64,000 nucleotides of DNA from Spirochaetia bacterium (GCA_965203055.1 OZ241863.1:704001-768000), one strand, 5' to 3'; numbered from the stretch's first letter, positions 1 through 10,751 are shown. Numbers and translations: made by a program. Notes: generated by a model not told the origin, from the letters alone.

Positions 1-1908
1 CCGGAGTTGCGCCGGCCCGACTCGCCAAGCGCCAGGATCGGCTCCGACCTCAGCGCGGAGTTGCCGGAGGCAGCCCATACGGTGCCGGTGCTGAGCCTCG
101 ACAAAGCCTACACCGCGGCGGAGGTGAGTTCGTGGATGGCGAAGACCGACGCCGCGGCCGGGCGCCCGCTGAGCTATGTCGTGGAGGAGAAGATCGACGG
201 CTCCGCCATTGTCCTGTACTACGAGGAGGGCCGGCTGGCGCGCGCCGTGACCCGCGGCAACGGCGCGGTGGGCAACGACGTCACGGCCAACGTACGCACC
301 ATCCGCAGCGTGCCGCGGCGCCTGCCGGAGCCGGTCGAGGTTGCCGTGCGCGGCGAGATCTTTCTGCCGCGGGCCGACTTCGCGCGCCTCAACGCCGCCG
401 CCGAGGCGCCCTACGCCAACCCGCGCAACTTCGCCGCCGGCGCGGTGCGGCGCGTAAAGAGCCGCGACGTGGCGGCCATTCCGCTGCGGCTGGTGGCCTA
501 CGAGGGCACGTTTGCCAGCGACCCGCCCGCCGACCACGCCGCGGCGATGGACCGGTTGCGGGCGTTGGGCTTTCCGGTCAACGGCAGCAACCGGCTGCTG
601 GCGCCGGCGGAGCTGCTGGAACAGGCGCAGGCGCGCCATCCGGCGTGGAACGCGGCGCCGGCGGCGGAGCTGCCGGCGGTACTGCAGGCCGCCGGCGAGC
701 GGCGTGCGGCGCTCGACTACGAGATCGACGGCCTGGTGATCAAGGTCAACGAGCTGGCGGCGCGGGACTCGCTGGGGGTTACCGGACATCACCCGCGCTG
801 GGCGCTGGCGTTCAAGTTCGACGCGCCGCAGGGGGAGACCGAGGTACGGGAGATCAACGTCCAGGTGGGGCGCACCGGGCGCATCACGCCGGTCGCGCGC
901 GTCGCGCCGGTGGCGATCGCCGGCACCACCGTGGCCAACGTCACGCTGCACAACCAGGACTACGTGGACACCCTGGAGCTCGCGGTCGGCGATCGGGTGG
1001 CGGTGTCGAAGCGGGGCGACGTGATTCCGGCGGTGGAGCGGGTGCTGGACAAGAACGAGCAGGGCAACACCACCTGGCGCCTGCCGGAGCGCTGTCCGGA
1101 ATGCGGCGCCGCGCTGGAGTTGAGCGGGGCGCATCACTTCTGCCGCAACCAGCGCTGCCGCGCGCAGGTGCGCGGGCGCATCCGCTTCTTCGCCGCGCGC
1201 GGGCAGATGGACATCGACCATCTCGGAACGGAAACCCTCGACCAACTGATCGACGCCGAAGTGCTGGCGGACGTGGACGACATATTCACCTTCGACGTGG
1301 ACGCCCTGCTGGAATGGGACGGGTTCGGCCCCCGCAAGGTGGCCCTGCTGAAGGAGGGGATCGAACGCAGCCGCGGGCGGCCCTTTCGCACGGTGCTGCC
1401 GGCGCTGGGCATGCCGGAAATCGGCCCCAAGGCAACCGAGTTGCTGATCGACGCCGGCTATTACGACATCGACCGCTTGCTGCAGGCCGCCGAGCAGGGC
1501 GACCCCGAACCGCTCACCGCCATCGAGGGGATCGGCGAGAAGACCGCCGCGGCGATCATCGCGCAGCTCACCGACGCCGCCAACCGGCGCCGCATCGACG
1601 CCCTGCGCGCCGCCGGGCTGCGCTTTGCGGCCGACCCGCCGCGCGCGCCGGCCGCGGCCGAGGAGGGCGGAGCGTTCGCCGGCCAAGTGTGGTGCGTGAC
1701 CGGCAGCTTCACCAGTTTCCGGCCGCGCGAGCAGGCCGCGCAGGCGATCAGCGAGCGCGGCGGCCGGGTGGCCGCGGGGGTTACCTCCCGCACCAGCCAT
1801 CTGCTGGCCGGACGCTCGCCCGGCAGCAAGCTCGGCAAGGCGCAACGCCTCGGCGTCACGGTGGTGTCGGAAGAGGAGTTTCTGCGCCTGCTGGAGGAAG
1901 CGGAGTAG
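1..1908 (+). CDS. ligA: NAD-dependent DNA ligase (5' end lies before the window)
   Basis: Motifs SLDK, EEKIDG (adenylation Lys), TRGNG, VRGE, NPRN, DGLVIK, QVGRTG and TLHN; Cys4 zinc finger; HhH repeats; C-terminal BRCT (VTG...SKLGKA..LGV). N-terminal domain Ia is missing, so the gene starts upstream. Confidence 0.97.
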   Translation, partial: PELRRPDSPSARIGSDLSAELPEAAHTVPVLSLDKAYTAAEVSSWMAKTDAAAGRPLSYVVEEKIDGSAIVLYYEEGRLARAVTRGNGAVGNDVTANVRTIRSVPRRLPEPVEVAVRGEIFLPRADFARLNAAAEAPYANPRNFAAGAVRRVKSRDVAAIPLRLVAYEGTFASDPPADHAAAMDRLRALGFPVNGSNRLLAPAELLEQAQARHPAWNAAPAAELPAVLQAAGERRAALDYEIDGLVIKVNELAARDSLGVTGHHPRWALAFKFDAPQGETEVREINVQVGRTGRITPVARVAPVAIAGTTVANVTLHNQDYVDTLELAVGDRVAVSKRGDVIPAVERVLDKNEQGNTTWRLPERCPECGAALELSGAHHFCRNQRCRAQVRGRIRFFAARGQMDIDHLGTETLDQLIDAEVLADVDDIFTFDVDALLEWDGFGPRKVALLKEGIERSRGRPFRTVLPALGMPEIGPKATELLIDAGYYDIDRLLQAAEQGDPEPLTAIEGIGEKTAAAIIAQLTDAANRRRIDALRAAGLRFAADPPRAPAAAEEGGAFAGQVWCVTGSFTSFRPREQAAQAISERGGRVAAGVTSRTSHLLAGRSPGSKLGKAQRLGVTVVSEEEFLRLLEEAE

Positions 1909-1947
1909 CGCGCCGCGCGTCCTCGCGCACGCCGCCTTGCGCCGTGC

Positions 1948-3135
1948 TCATGGCACGAGCTGGATGATGCCGCGACGGCCGTTGATCAGCCATTCCGGAT
2001 CCTGCCGCGCCAGCGCCGCGGCCTGGCCGGGCGCCAGCCCGGTCACCAGCTCGCTCTTGAGGGTGCGCAGGATCAACGCCGGCGCCGGCAGGTAGGCCGC
2101 GATGGCGCCGGTGTCGGCGTGGTGCGGCCAGCGCCGGTCGGAGAGCAGCCGGCGGTAGTTGACGTCGCCCTTGAACAGCACCAGATCCGCCTGCGCCAGC
2201 TCCCCCGCCAAGTCGGGCGGCAGCTCCGGGTAGTGGTGCGGACCGTTCCAGAACCAGTGCGCCTGCAGGCGCAGGCGCCCCTCGGCCAGCGCCCGGTCGA
2301 GGCGCCGGCCGAGCGCCGCCGCCGGCTCCTCCTGGGCGCGCAGCAGGTTCACGGTGGCATGCGCGTCGCCGGCGGTGGCGTCGGAAACGAAGAACGGGGC
2401 GTCCTTGAGGTGCAGCCGAACCTGCCGCGCGCCCCCGGCAAGCAGGTGATCCACCAGCAGCAGGTCGCACGTCAGTTCCGCGCCGGCGTTGTCGGTGACC
2501 ACGTCCAGCCGCCGCGCCGCGGCCAGGCGATGCGCGGCCGCGGCGGCGTGGTCGATTACCAGCTCCCCGGCGGCGGGGGCGGCTGCGGCGACCACCGCGG
2601 CGGCGCCGCCGCGCTCGATTTCATAGTTGGAGAGGTCAACCCGATTGCCCCACAACGAGGAGCGCAGCAGCGCCGGCAGCGGCGCGCCCGCCAGCGCCGC
2701 CGCCAACTGCGGGCCGCTGCGGCGCAGCTCCGCGGCCTTGAGGGCGGCGAACGGATCACGCCCGTAGCCGGCCGCGGCCGGGTCGTAGTATCCCGCGGCG
2801 CTGAGCACCCGCAGGTAGAAGCAGGCTTCGGCCTGGTACCAGGGCAGGTCGAGCCACGCCGCCCCCAGCAGCGGCCGCAGCGCCTGCCGCCAAGCGCGCC
2901 GCTCGCCGGGCAGCAGCCGCGGGCCGCGTCCGCCGGCCCACGGATCGCTGAGCCGCCCGCGGCGAATCTCCTCCGCCAGGCGGCGCAGCTCCGATTCGCT
3001 GCCGGGCGCCAACCCGGCGCCGGCGAGCAGGTCGCCGATGATGGCGTGCTTGCGTTGCACGATGGTGCGCCGCGCGAAGGAACCGGGCGTTCCGGTCCAC
3101 AACGGCGGCGGCGGAGCCGCGGCGTCCGGTTTCAT
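1948..3135 (-). CDS. Damage-control phosphatase, ARMT1/DUF89 family
   Basis: SLWGNRVDLS, VTDNAGAEL..D, PFFVSD, LFKGDVNYRRL and LRTLKSE motifs. ATG at 3135 chosen because the longer ORF overlaps the neighbouring start. Confidence 0.85.
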   Translation of the reverse strand: MKPDAAAPPPPLWTGTPGSFARRTIVQRKHAIIGDLLAGAGLAPGSESELRRLAEEIRRGRLSDPWAGGRGPRLLPGERRAWRQALRPLLGAAWLDLPWYQAEACFYLRVLSAAGYYDPAAAGYGRDPFAALKAAELRRSGPQLAAALAGAPLPALLRSSLWGNRVDLSNYEIERGGAAAVVAAAAPAAGELVIDHAAAAAHRLAAARRLDVVTDNAGAELTCDLLLVDHLLAGGARQVRLHLKDAPFFVSDATAGDAHATVNLLRAQEEPAAALGRRLDRALAEGRLRLQAHWFWNGPHHYPELPPDLAGELAQADLVLFKGDVNYRRLLSDRRWPHHADTGAIAAYLPAPALILRTLKSELVTGLAPGQAAALARQDPEWLINGRRGIIQLVP

Positions 3136-3167
3136 CGCCGCCGGCAATCCGGTAGGGTAACGCCGCC

Positions 3168-4565
3168 ATGGCAACCTGGGAGGCCCCGGTGCTGGCCATC
3201 GACGTCGGCACGTCGGCCGTCAAGTGCGCTCTGGTGCGGGCGGACGGCGCTACCACGCTCGCCGCGCAGCCGATCACCGCCGCGGCCGCCGCCGGCGGGG
3301 TGCATGAGGTCGATGCCGAAGCGTGGCTGCGCGCCATCGCGCGCAACGTGGCGGCGCTCGGAGCGCCGCGCGCCCTGGCCGCCGTGGTGGTAACGGGCAA
3401 CGGCCCGACGGTGGTGCCGGCCGGCGCCGACGCCCGCCCCCTGCATCCGGCCATCACCTGGCTGGACCGGCGCAGCGGCCCCGAAGCACGCCTCATTGCC
3501 GAGCGCACCGGGCGCCGGCGCGAGGCCGGCTTCTTCTTGTCCAAGATATTCTGGGTATATCGGCACGCGCCGCTAGTGTATCGCCAGACCCGCGGCTTCG
3601 TCTCCGGCCCCGAGTACGTGGAACTGCGCCTCACCGGCCACTGGCACACCAATCTGCCGGCGCCGGGGTTTCAGCGCTTCTACTGGACTTCCGAACTGGC
3701 CGCGGACCTGGGCATAGACCCGGCCAAGCTGCCGCCGTTCGTGGCCACCGGAACTCCGGTGGGCGCCACCTCGCCGCGCGCCGCCGGCGAACTGGGCATT
3801 CCCGCGGCGGTGCCGGTCTTCGCCGGCGCTCCCGATTACGTCATGGCGCTGCTCGGAACCGCGGCCGTGACCGAGGGCGACACCTGCTATCGGTCGGGCA
3901 GCTCGGACGGCGTCAATCATTGCTCTGCGCGCCCGGTCGGCGACCCGCGGCTGTTGTGTCTGCCGCACGTGGTCGACGGCCTGTTCACGGTGTCGGGCGT
4001 GATCTCCACCACCGGAACGGCGCTGGAGTGGTTTGCGCGGCTGGCGGCTGACGACGGCTCGCTGTTCCGGCGGGCGGCGCGCGCCCCGGCGGGCGCCGGC
4101 GGCGTCTTGTTCCTGCCCTATCTGGCCGGCGAGCGCACCCCGCTGTGGCGAGACGACGTGCGCGGCGTGTTCAGCGGCCTGGGCCTGGAGCATGGGCGTC
4201 TGGAGCTGGCGCGCGCGGTCCTGGAGGGAGTGGGGTACGCGCTCCGCGACAGCGTCAGCCTGATCGAAGCGCACGGCGGCGCGGTGGACGAGATCCGGCT
4301 GTCGGGGGCGCGCGGCGGGGCGCGCTGGCTCAACCAGATCAAGGCCGACATCGTCGGCCGCCGGCTGCTCGTGCCCGCGTCACTGGATGCGGAACTCACC
4401 GGCTGCGCCTGCGTCGCCGCCCGCGCCCTGGGGAGGGACCCCAGCTTCGGCGCCGCGGCCAACCGTCTGGTGCGGATGGTCGATACCATCGAGCCGCGCG
4501 CCGACCACGCGGCGCGCTACGCCGAGGGGTTCGCGCGTTACAAACGGGAGCAGGCGCGGCTGTAG
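3168..4565 (+). CDS. FGGY-family carbohydrate kinase (xylulokinase-like)
   Basis: IDVGTSAVK phosphate-1 motif, ITWLDRR, FLPYLAGERTP, RAVLEG, QIKADI. Substrate cannot be determined. Confidence 0.88.
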   Translation: MATWEAPVLAIDVGTSAVKCALVRADGATTLAAQPITAAAAAGGVHEVDAEAWLRAIARNVAALGAPRALAAVVVTGNGPTVVPAGADARPLHPAITWLDRRSGPEARLIAERTGRRREAGFFLSKIFWVYRHAPLVYRQTRGFVSGPEYVELRLTGHWHTNLPAPGFQRFYWTSELAADLGIDPAKLPPFVATGTPVGATSPRAAGELGIPAAVPVFAGAPDYVMALLGTAAVTEGDTCYRSGSSDGVNHCSARPVGDPRLLCLPHVVDGLFTVSGVISTTGTALEWFARLAADDGSLFRRAARAPAGAGGVLFLPYLAGERTPLWRDDVRGVFSGLGLEHGRLELARAVLEGVGYALRDSVSLIEAHGGAVDEIRLSGARGGARWLNQIKADIVGRRLLVPASLDAELTGCACVAARALGRDPSFGAAANRLVRMVDTIEPRADHAARYAEGFARYKREQARL

Positions 4566-4588
4566 GGGCCGCGGACGGGCGTCGGGCG

Positions 4589-5182
4589 CTACCTCTTGCC
4601 GGGTCCGAACATGCTGCTCAGTTCCTGCTTGACCTGCTGCAGCACGTTGCCGTAGCGATCTTCCAGCAGGGCCATCTGCTGGCGCAGGAGCTGAACGTAT
4701 TCCGGGTCGGTGGCCGGATCGAGCCGCACCCGCGTGCCGGTGCGGCGCGCCAACTCCTCCTCCTTCTGCTGCAGGCGCGGGCCGTACTGGCGATCGACGT
4801 TCTGCTTGAGCTGCTGGCGCTCCTGGAAGTATTCGGCGAAGAACTGCTCGATCTGCTGGCCCATGATCCGCAACCGGCGCTGGTCGCGGAGGATGGCGGA
4901 GAAGCCCTCCATCGCGCGGCGGTTGCGCTTGATTCCATACTCGTCGCTGGGTAGCGCCAGGTTGGAACTCAAGGCATCGAACACGCCCTGACTCAGCCAT
5001 TGGCGTTCCTTGCCGTCATGTTTGCGGATGTTGCGCGCCAGCGAAAACTCGGGATCGTTCAGAAATTGCGACACCAGCTTCTTGCCGGCGGTGACGAAGC
5101 CGCTGGCTTGCAGATTCTCCGGATCGGCCGGCACGTCCTTGGTGCGTTCCAGCGCGATCTCCAACGACGACTTGATGCTCAT
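4589..5182 (-). CDS. Conserved helical hypothetical protein (resembles spirochete DUF6657-type proteins)
   Basis: GGAGGAG SD before ATG 5182; MSIKSSLEIALERT N-terminus; ordinary globular composition, unlike the Arg/Ala-rich upstream part of the ORF. Family name is from recall. Confidence 0.75.
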   Translation of the reverse strand: MSIKSSLEIALERTKDVPADPENLQASGFVTAGKKLVSQFLNDPEFSLARNIRKHDGKERQWLSQGVFDALSSNLALPSDEYGIKRNRRAMEGFSAILRDQRRLRIMGQQIEQFFAEYFQERQQLKQNVDRQYGPRLQQKEEELARRTGTRVRLDPATDPEYVQLLRQQMALLEDRYGNVLQQVKQELSSMFGPGKR

Positions 5183-5255
5183 GGCGACTCCTCCCGTTAC
5201 CACGGTGCGGGTCCCGGCGGCCATGGCCGCCCCGGCGCCCGCCGCCGCGTGCTTC

Positions 5256-5843
5256 TCAGGCCGTGGCGCTGCCGGCCAGGACCAGATCGACGGCCACGTC
5301 GTGGGGCGCGCGCGGCACCTGCGACACCAGTTGCTCCGGCATGCATACCCCCACCAGCAGCGCCGCCGGACACCCGCGGCGCACCTGCGCCAACAGCCGG
5401 TCGTAATGCCCGCCGCCCCAGCCGAGGCGGCCGCCGGCGTCGTCGAACGCCGCGCCCGGCACCAGCACCAGCGTCGCCGCCGGCAGCTCGTCCACCTCCA
5501 GCCGCGGCGCCGAGGCCGGCGGTTCCGCCACCCCGCGGTAGCCGGGGCGCAAGCCGGCGAGGTCATCTGTCCGGTGGAAGCGAAGCTGCGTACCGACTAC
5601 CCGCGGCAGCCCGACCGTCATCCCGGCGCCCAGGGCCGCGGCCAGCGCCGGCGCCGTGGCGGGCTCCCGGCCGGTCGCGGCGAATCCCAACAGGCAGCGC
5701 AACCCGCGCCACTCACGGCGCGCCGCCAGCTCGGCGGCCAGGGCCCGGCCGGCGGCGGCGAACCGCTCCGCCGGCAGGCCTTGCAACCGGAGCCGCACCG
5801 CCGCGCGCACCGCCTGCTTGCCGGCGGCGGCGCGGCTACCGAT
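5256..5843 (-). CDS. ygfA: 5-formyltetrahydrofolate cyclo-ligase (start codon uncertain: ATC 5843, GTG 5810 or GTG 5915)
   Basis: LVLVPGAAFD..GGRLGWGGGHYDR signature, EP motifs, LPR, C-terminal HD..VD. Confidence 0.88.
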   Translation of the reverse strand: MGSRAAAGKQAVRAAVRLRLQGLPAERFAAAGRALAAELAARREWRGLRCLLGFAATGREPATAPALAAALGAGMTVGLPRVVGTQLRFHRTDDLAGLRPGYRGVAEPPASAPRLEVDELPAATLVLVPGAAFDDAGGRLGWGGGHYDRLLAQVRRGCPAALLVGVCMPEQLVSQVPRAPHDVAVDLVLAGSATA

Positions 5844-5848
5844 GTGTT

Positions 5849-5921
5849 TCGGGCTGGGCGGACTTGAACCGCCGACCCCACGCCCCCCAGACGTGTACGC
5901 TACCAACTGCGCCACAGCCCG
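5849..5921 (-). tRNA. tRNA-Pro(GGG)
   Basis: Cloverleaf CGGGCTG-TG-GCGC AGTTGGTA GCGT-A-CACGT CT GGG GG GCGTG-GGGTC-GGCGG TTCAAGT CCGCC-CAGCCCG-A. CCA is not encoded. Confidence 0.97.
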
Positions 5922-5933
5922 CTAACCGGCGCG

Positions 5934-5962
5934 AATGTAGCACCGGGCGCGGCGCGGGTCAA
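5934..5962 (-). promoter_or_regulatory. Sigma70-type promoter for tRNA-Pro
   Basis: TTGACC-17 nt-TACATT with extended TG, 12 nt upstream of the tRNA 5' end. Confidence 0.75.
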
Positions 5963-5993
5963 CGCCGCCTGCTCCCGCTTCTTCCGCTTCCGG

Positions 5994-6446
5994 TCACCGG
6001 GCGGCGGCGGGCGGCAGAAACTCGCGGAACTCATATTCCACGCGCCCGTCGTCGGCGACCGACATCGCCGCGTGGCCGTCGCGGACCAGCCGGTCGAGCG
6101 CGCCTTCCGCCTCCGCCACCGACAGGGCGGTGTCGATGGCGATCAGCGCCGGCGTCACCCGGCCATGGTGGCGGCGCGCGATGCGCAGTATCTCGGTTTG
6201 CGGATCCGGCGGCGCCGGCGCCTGCCGGCGCCGCGAGACACCGACCCGGCGCAGCGACAGGATCCCCTTGACCGCCGGCAGCACGCCCAGGAAGACCAGC
6301 GGAAACCCCCAGAACCAGCCGCCCTGGAACAACAGCAGGGCGCCGAACAGCGCACTGAAGATCAATCCGCTGGCCAGCGCGCCTTCCGCCTGCTTGCGCT
6401 CCTTGCGCAGGCGCTTGCCCTCGCCCTGCTCGCGTTCGCCGCTCAT
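5994..6446 (-). CDS. Hypothetical membrane protein: two TM helices plus a small C-terminal helical (winged-helix-like) domain
   Basis: Two hydrophobic segments, then EILRIARRHHGRVT...AEGALDRLV...YEF. Lies 9 nt downstream of argG. Confidence 0.7.
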   Translation of the reverse strand: MSGEREQGEGKRLRKERKQAEGALASGLIFSALFGALLLFQGGWFWGFPLVFLGVLPAVKGILSLRRVGVSRRRQAPAPPDPQTEILRIARRHHGRVTPALIAIDTALSVAEAEGALDRLVRDGHAAMSVADDGRVEYEFREFLPPAAAR

Positions 6447-6455
6447 GGCGCCAGC

Positions 6456-7670
6456 TCAGCCTGCGCCCGGCTGCCGGGTGAGCGCGCGCACCTGCTCCGG
6501 CAGCCCGTACAGGTTTATGAAGCCGGTGGCGTCGGCGTGGTCGTAGCTGCCGGCGCCGAACGAAGCCAGGTCGCGGCGGTACAGACCGTGCGCCGACTCG
6601 CGCCCGGTTACCGTGAGGTTGCCCTTGTACAGGGCCAGGCTCACCGAGCCGCTCACCGCCCCGGCCAGGCGCTCCATGAACGCCTCCAGGGCCGCCCGCA
6701 ACGGGGTGAACCACTTGCCGTTGTACACCAGCTCGGCGTAGCGCAGCGCCAGCTCCTGCTTGGCGCGCAGGGCATCGGCGTCCAGGGTCATCGCCTCCAG
6801 CTCGCGCAACGCGGTCCACAGAATGGTACCCCCCGGAGTCTCGTACACGCCGCGGCTCTTCATCCCGACGAGGCGCGACTCCACCAGGTCGGTACGCCCG
6901 ATAGCATTGGCGCCGCCGAGCCGGTTCAAGTGCGCCAGCAGGGCGACCGGCTCCAGGCGCTCGCCGTCGACCGCTACCGGAATGCCGGCCTCGAATCCCA
7001 GCGTGACCTCGGTTTCGCGGTCGGGCGCCGCGCGCGGCGCCAGCGAGCGTTGGAACAGGGCCTCGCCCGGGCGCCGCGCCGGGTCTTCCAGATCGCCGCC
7101 CTCGTGGCTCAGGTGCCACAGGTTGGCGTCGCGGGAATAGATGTTGCGCCGCGAGATGCCGGCCAGATCGATGCCCTGCGCCGCGGCGTAATCGATCGCC
7201 TGCTCGCGGGAACGGATCTCCCACAGCCGCCACGGCGCGATTACCGTGAGGTGCGGCGCCAGGGCGCGGTAGGTCATCTCGAAGCGCACCTGATCGTTGC
7301 CCTTGCCGGTGCAGCCGTGGGCCACGGCGTCGGCGTCTTCGGCCAGCGCCACCGCCACCTGATGCTTGGCCTGCAGGGGACGGGCGATGGAGGTGCCGAG
7401 CAGGTACTTGCCCTCGTACACGGCCCCGGAGCGCAGCAGCGGAAACAGATATTCGGTCACGAACTCGCGGCGCAGGTCGCGCAGGTGGAGCTTGCTGGCG
7501 CCGGCCGCCAGGGCGCGCCGCTCCAGGCCGCTCAGGTCCTCACCCTGCCCGACGTCGGCGCAGTAGGCCACCACCTCGGCCCCGGGGTAGCGCTGCTTGA
7601 GCCACGGAATGATGATCGAGGTGTCCAGGCCGCCCGAATAGGCCAGCACGATCTTGCGCAGCGCGGCCAC
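6456..7670 (-). CDS. argG: Argininosuccinate synthase
   Basis: KIVLAYSGGLDTS, HGCTGKGNDQVRFE, YSRDANLWH, GMKSRGVYETPGGT. GTG start at 7670, 2 nt after the argD stop. Confidence 0.97.
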   Translation of the reverse strand: MAALRKIVLAYSGGLDTSIIIPWLKQRYPGAEVVAYCADVGQGEDLSGLERRALAAGASKLHLRDLRREFVTEYLFPLLRSGAVYEGKYLLGTSIARPLQAKHQVAVALAEDADAVAHGCTGKGNDQVRFEMTYRALAPHLTVIAPWRLWEIRSREQAIDYAAAQGIDLAGISRRNIYSRDANLWHLSHEGGDLEDPARRPGEALFQRSLAPRAAPDRETEVTLGFEAGIPVAVDGERLEPVALLAHLNRLGGANAIGRTDLVESRLVGMKSRGVYETPGGTILWTALRELEAMTLDADALRAKQELALRYAELVYNGKWFTPLRAALEAFMERLAGAVSGSVSLALYKGNLTVTGRESAHGLYRRDLASFGAGSYDHADATGFINLYGLPEQVRALTRQPGAG

Positions 7671-7672
7671 GT

Positions 7673-8902
7673 CTACCCGCCCGCGAGCGCGCCGCTCACG
7701 CGCTCGATGATCGCCAGCCCCTCGTCCAGCTCGGCCGGTTCGATGATCAGCGGCGGGGCCAGCCGCAGCACGTCGTCGCCGGAGCGGAGCGCCAGCAGGC
7801 CCGCGGCGCGCAGCTCCGGCACCATCTTGGCGATTGCCGGCTCGCCGTCCACCTCGCCGGTCACGGTGACGCCGGCCAGCAGCCCGGCGCCCTTGACCGC
7901 GCCGAGCAGCGGGCTGGCGGCGGCGAGCCGTTCCAGTCCGGCGCGCAGCCGGCGCCCGCGCGCCGCGACCGCGGCGGTAAACTCCGGCGCCGCCACGATG
8001 TCCCACACCAGATTGCCGACCGCGCAGGTCACCGGCCCGCCGCCGAAGGTGGTGCCGTGATCGCCGACGTGCAGCTCGGCGTTGATCGCGGCCGGGATCA
8101 AGGTCGCCGCCAGCGGCAGGCCGCCGCCGAGCGGCTTGGCCAGGGTGATCAGGTCCGGCTCCAGTCCCACCAGGTCACTGGCGTACAGTTCCCCGGTGCG
8201 GCTCAATCCGGTCTGCACCTCGTCGGTGATCAGCATGATCCGGTGCCGGCGGCACAGCTCGTTCAAGGTGTCGGCGAAGTCCCGGCTCATCACCTCGAGA
8301 CCGCCCTCGCCCTGCACCACCTCGACGATGACGGCGCAGAAGCTGTCGTCGAGCGCGGCGCGCGCGGCGGCCGCGTCGTCATAGGGCAACGCCGTCACGC
8401 CGGGCACGAGCGGGGCGAACGGCTGCTGGTACTTCTCGCTGGGAGTGCAGCTCAGCGCGCCCATGGTGCGGCCGTGAAAGCCGCCGCTGAAGCAGGCGAT
8501 GCGCTGCTTGTCCGCGCGCCCGTTGCGCCGGGCCAGCAGGCGGGCGTACTTGAGCGCGGTCTCGTTCGCCTCGGAGCCGCTGTTGGTGAACTGCACGTTG
8601 GTGATGCCGGCGCGCCGCGGGGCGGAAGCGATCAGCTTCTCGGCAAGCGCCAGGGCCGGCTCGGTAGCGTACAGATTCGATACGTGCACCAGCTTGCGCA
8701 TCTGGTCGGCCGCGGCCGCAGCCAGGTCCGCGCGCCCGTAGCCGAGCGCGTTCACCGCAATGCCGGCGCCGAAGTCGAGGTAGGAGCGGCCGGCCGCATC
8801 CTGCACGCGGCAACCCTGCCCGCGCTCCAGGACCAGCAGCTCTGGGGTAAAGACGCCCGGCATGGGATGTTCGGTGACCAGCGCGCCGTTGCGTTGCATC
8901 AA
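7673..8902 (-). CDS. argD: Acetylornithine aminotransferase
   Basis: YLDFGAGIAVNALG, NSGSEANE, FHGRT, VQGEGG, DEVQTG, TLAKPLGGG (PLP Lys), HGTTFGG; AGGAGGA SD; operon context. Confidence 0.95.
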   Translation of the reverse strand: MMQRNGALVTEHPMPGVFTPELLVLERGQGCRVQDAAGRSYLDFGAGIAVNALGYGRADLAAAAADQMRKLVHVSNLYATEPALALAEKLIASAPRRAGITNVQFTNSGSEANETALKYARLLARRNGRADKQRIACFSGGFHGRTMGALSCTPSEKYQQPFAPLVPGVTALPYDDAAAARAALDDSFCAVIVEVVQGEGGLEVMSRDFADTLNELCRRHRIMLITDEVQTGLSRTGELYASDLVGLEPDLITLAKPLGGGLPLAATLIPAAINAELHVGDHGTTFGGGPVTCAVGNLVWDIVAAPEFTAAVAARGRRLRAGLERLAAASPLLGAVKGAGLLAGVTVTGEVDGEPAIAKMVPELRAAGLLALRSGDDVLRLAPPLIIEPAELDEGLAIIERVSGALAGG

Positions 8903-8915
8903 TCGGTGTTCCTCC

Positions 8916-9719
8916 TCATTCGGGGAGCATGGTGGTACCGGCGGCGCCGGTCAACAGCGCGGTCAATTCGCCGCCGGCGCCAAACCGCCCGATCACGACG
9001 CGCCCCACGCCCTGCTCCACGGCGTGCAGCGCGGCTTCCAGCTTGGGAATCATGCCGCCGCGAATGACTCCGGCGGCGATCTCGGCGGCCGCCTGCGGCG
9101 GCGTCAGGGCAGCCAGCACCGCGCCCTCCTTGAGCACCCCCGGCACGTCGGAGAGGAACAGCAGGCGGTCGGCCCGCAGCGCCGGAGCGATTCGCAACGC
9201 GACGCTGTCGGCGTTGATGTTCACCGCCCCGCCGCCCGGCTCCAGGCTGGTGGTCGCCAGTACCGGCAGGTAGCCGTGGCCGAGCAGCAGCCACAGCAGC
9301 CGATTGTCCACCTCGGCAACGGTCGCCGTGCGGCTGGCCGCGGCCGCGGCGCAGCCGGGCAGCCGGGCGCCGGTGAAGATCGGCCCATCGGAGCCGCTCA
9401 ACCCCACGGCCGCCAGCCCGGCGGCGTGCAACGCCCGCACCAGCCGCTTGTTTACCGCCCCGCACAGCGCCATGTCCACGTAGGGCATCTCGGCCGGCGA
9501 GGTGATCCGCACGCCGTCGCTGAACTGCGGTTCCAGGCCGACCCGGCGGGTGAGCGCGCTCACCTCGCTGCCGCCGCCGTGCACCAGCACCACCCGCGCG
9601 CCGGCCCGCGCCAACTGCGCCAGCTCCGCGGCGAACGCGGCCAACGCGGCGCCGGCTTCCGCCGCCGCCCCGCCCAACTTGATCACCAGCAGCTCGCCGG
9701 AGGCGATGGCGGAACCCAC
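8916..9719 (-). CDS. argB: Acetylglutamate kinase
   Basis: VIKLGG, VHGGG, GVRIT, NINAD, LSDVPGV, GGMIPKL. Confidence 0.96.
   Translation of the reverse strand: MGSAIASGELLVIKLGGAAAEAGAALAAFAAELAQLARAGARVVLVHGGGSEVSALTRRVGLEPQFSDGVRITSPAEMPYVDMALCGAVNKRLVRALHAAGLAAVGLSGSDGPIFTGARLPGCAAAAASRTATVAEVDNRLLWLLLGHGYLPVLATTSLEPGGGAVNINADSVALRIAPALRADRLLFLSDVPGVLKEGAVLAALTPPQAAAEIAAGVIRGGMIPKLEAALHAVEQGVGRVVIGRFGAGGELTALLTGAAGTTMLPE

Positions 9720-10747
<1,028 letters not shown>

Positions 10748-10751
<4 letters not shown>

Noticed and set aside
132..1967. Long alternative-frame Arg/Gly/Ala-rich ORFs (e.g. 132-1967, 54728-56356, 62274-63323)
   Set aside because: Composition typical of out-of-frame reading of GC-rich genes; they overlap well-supported CDSs.
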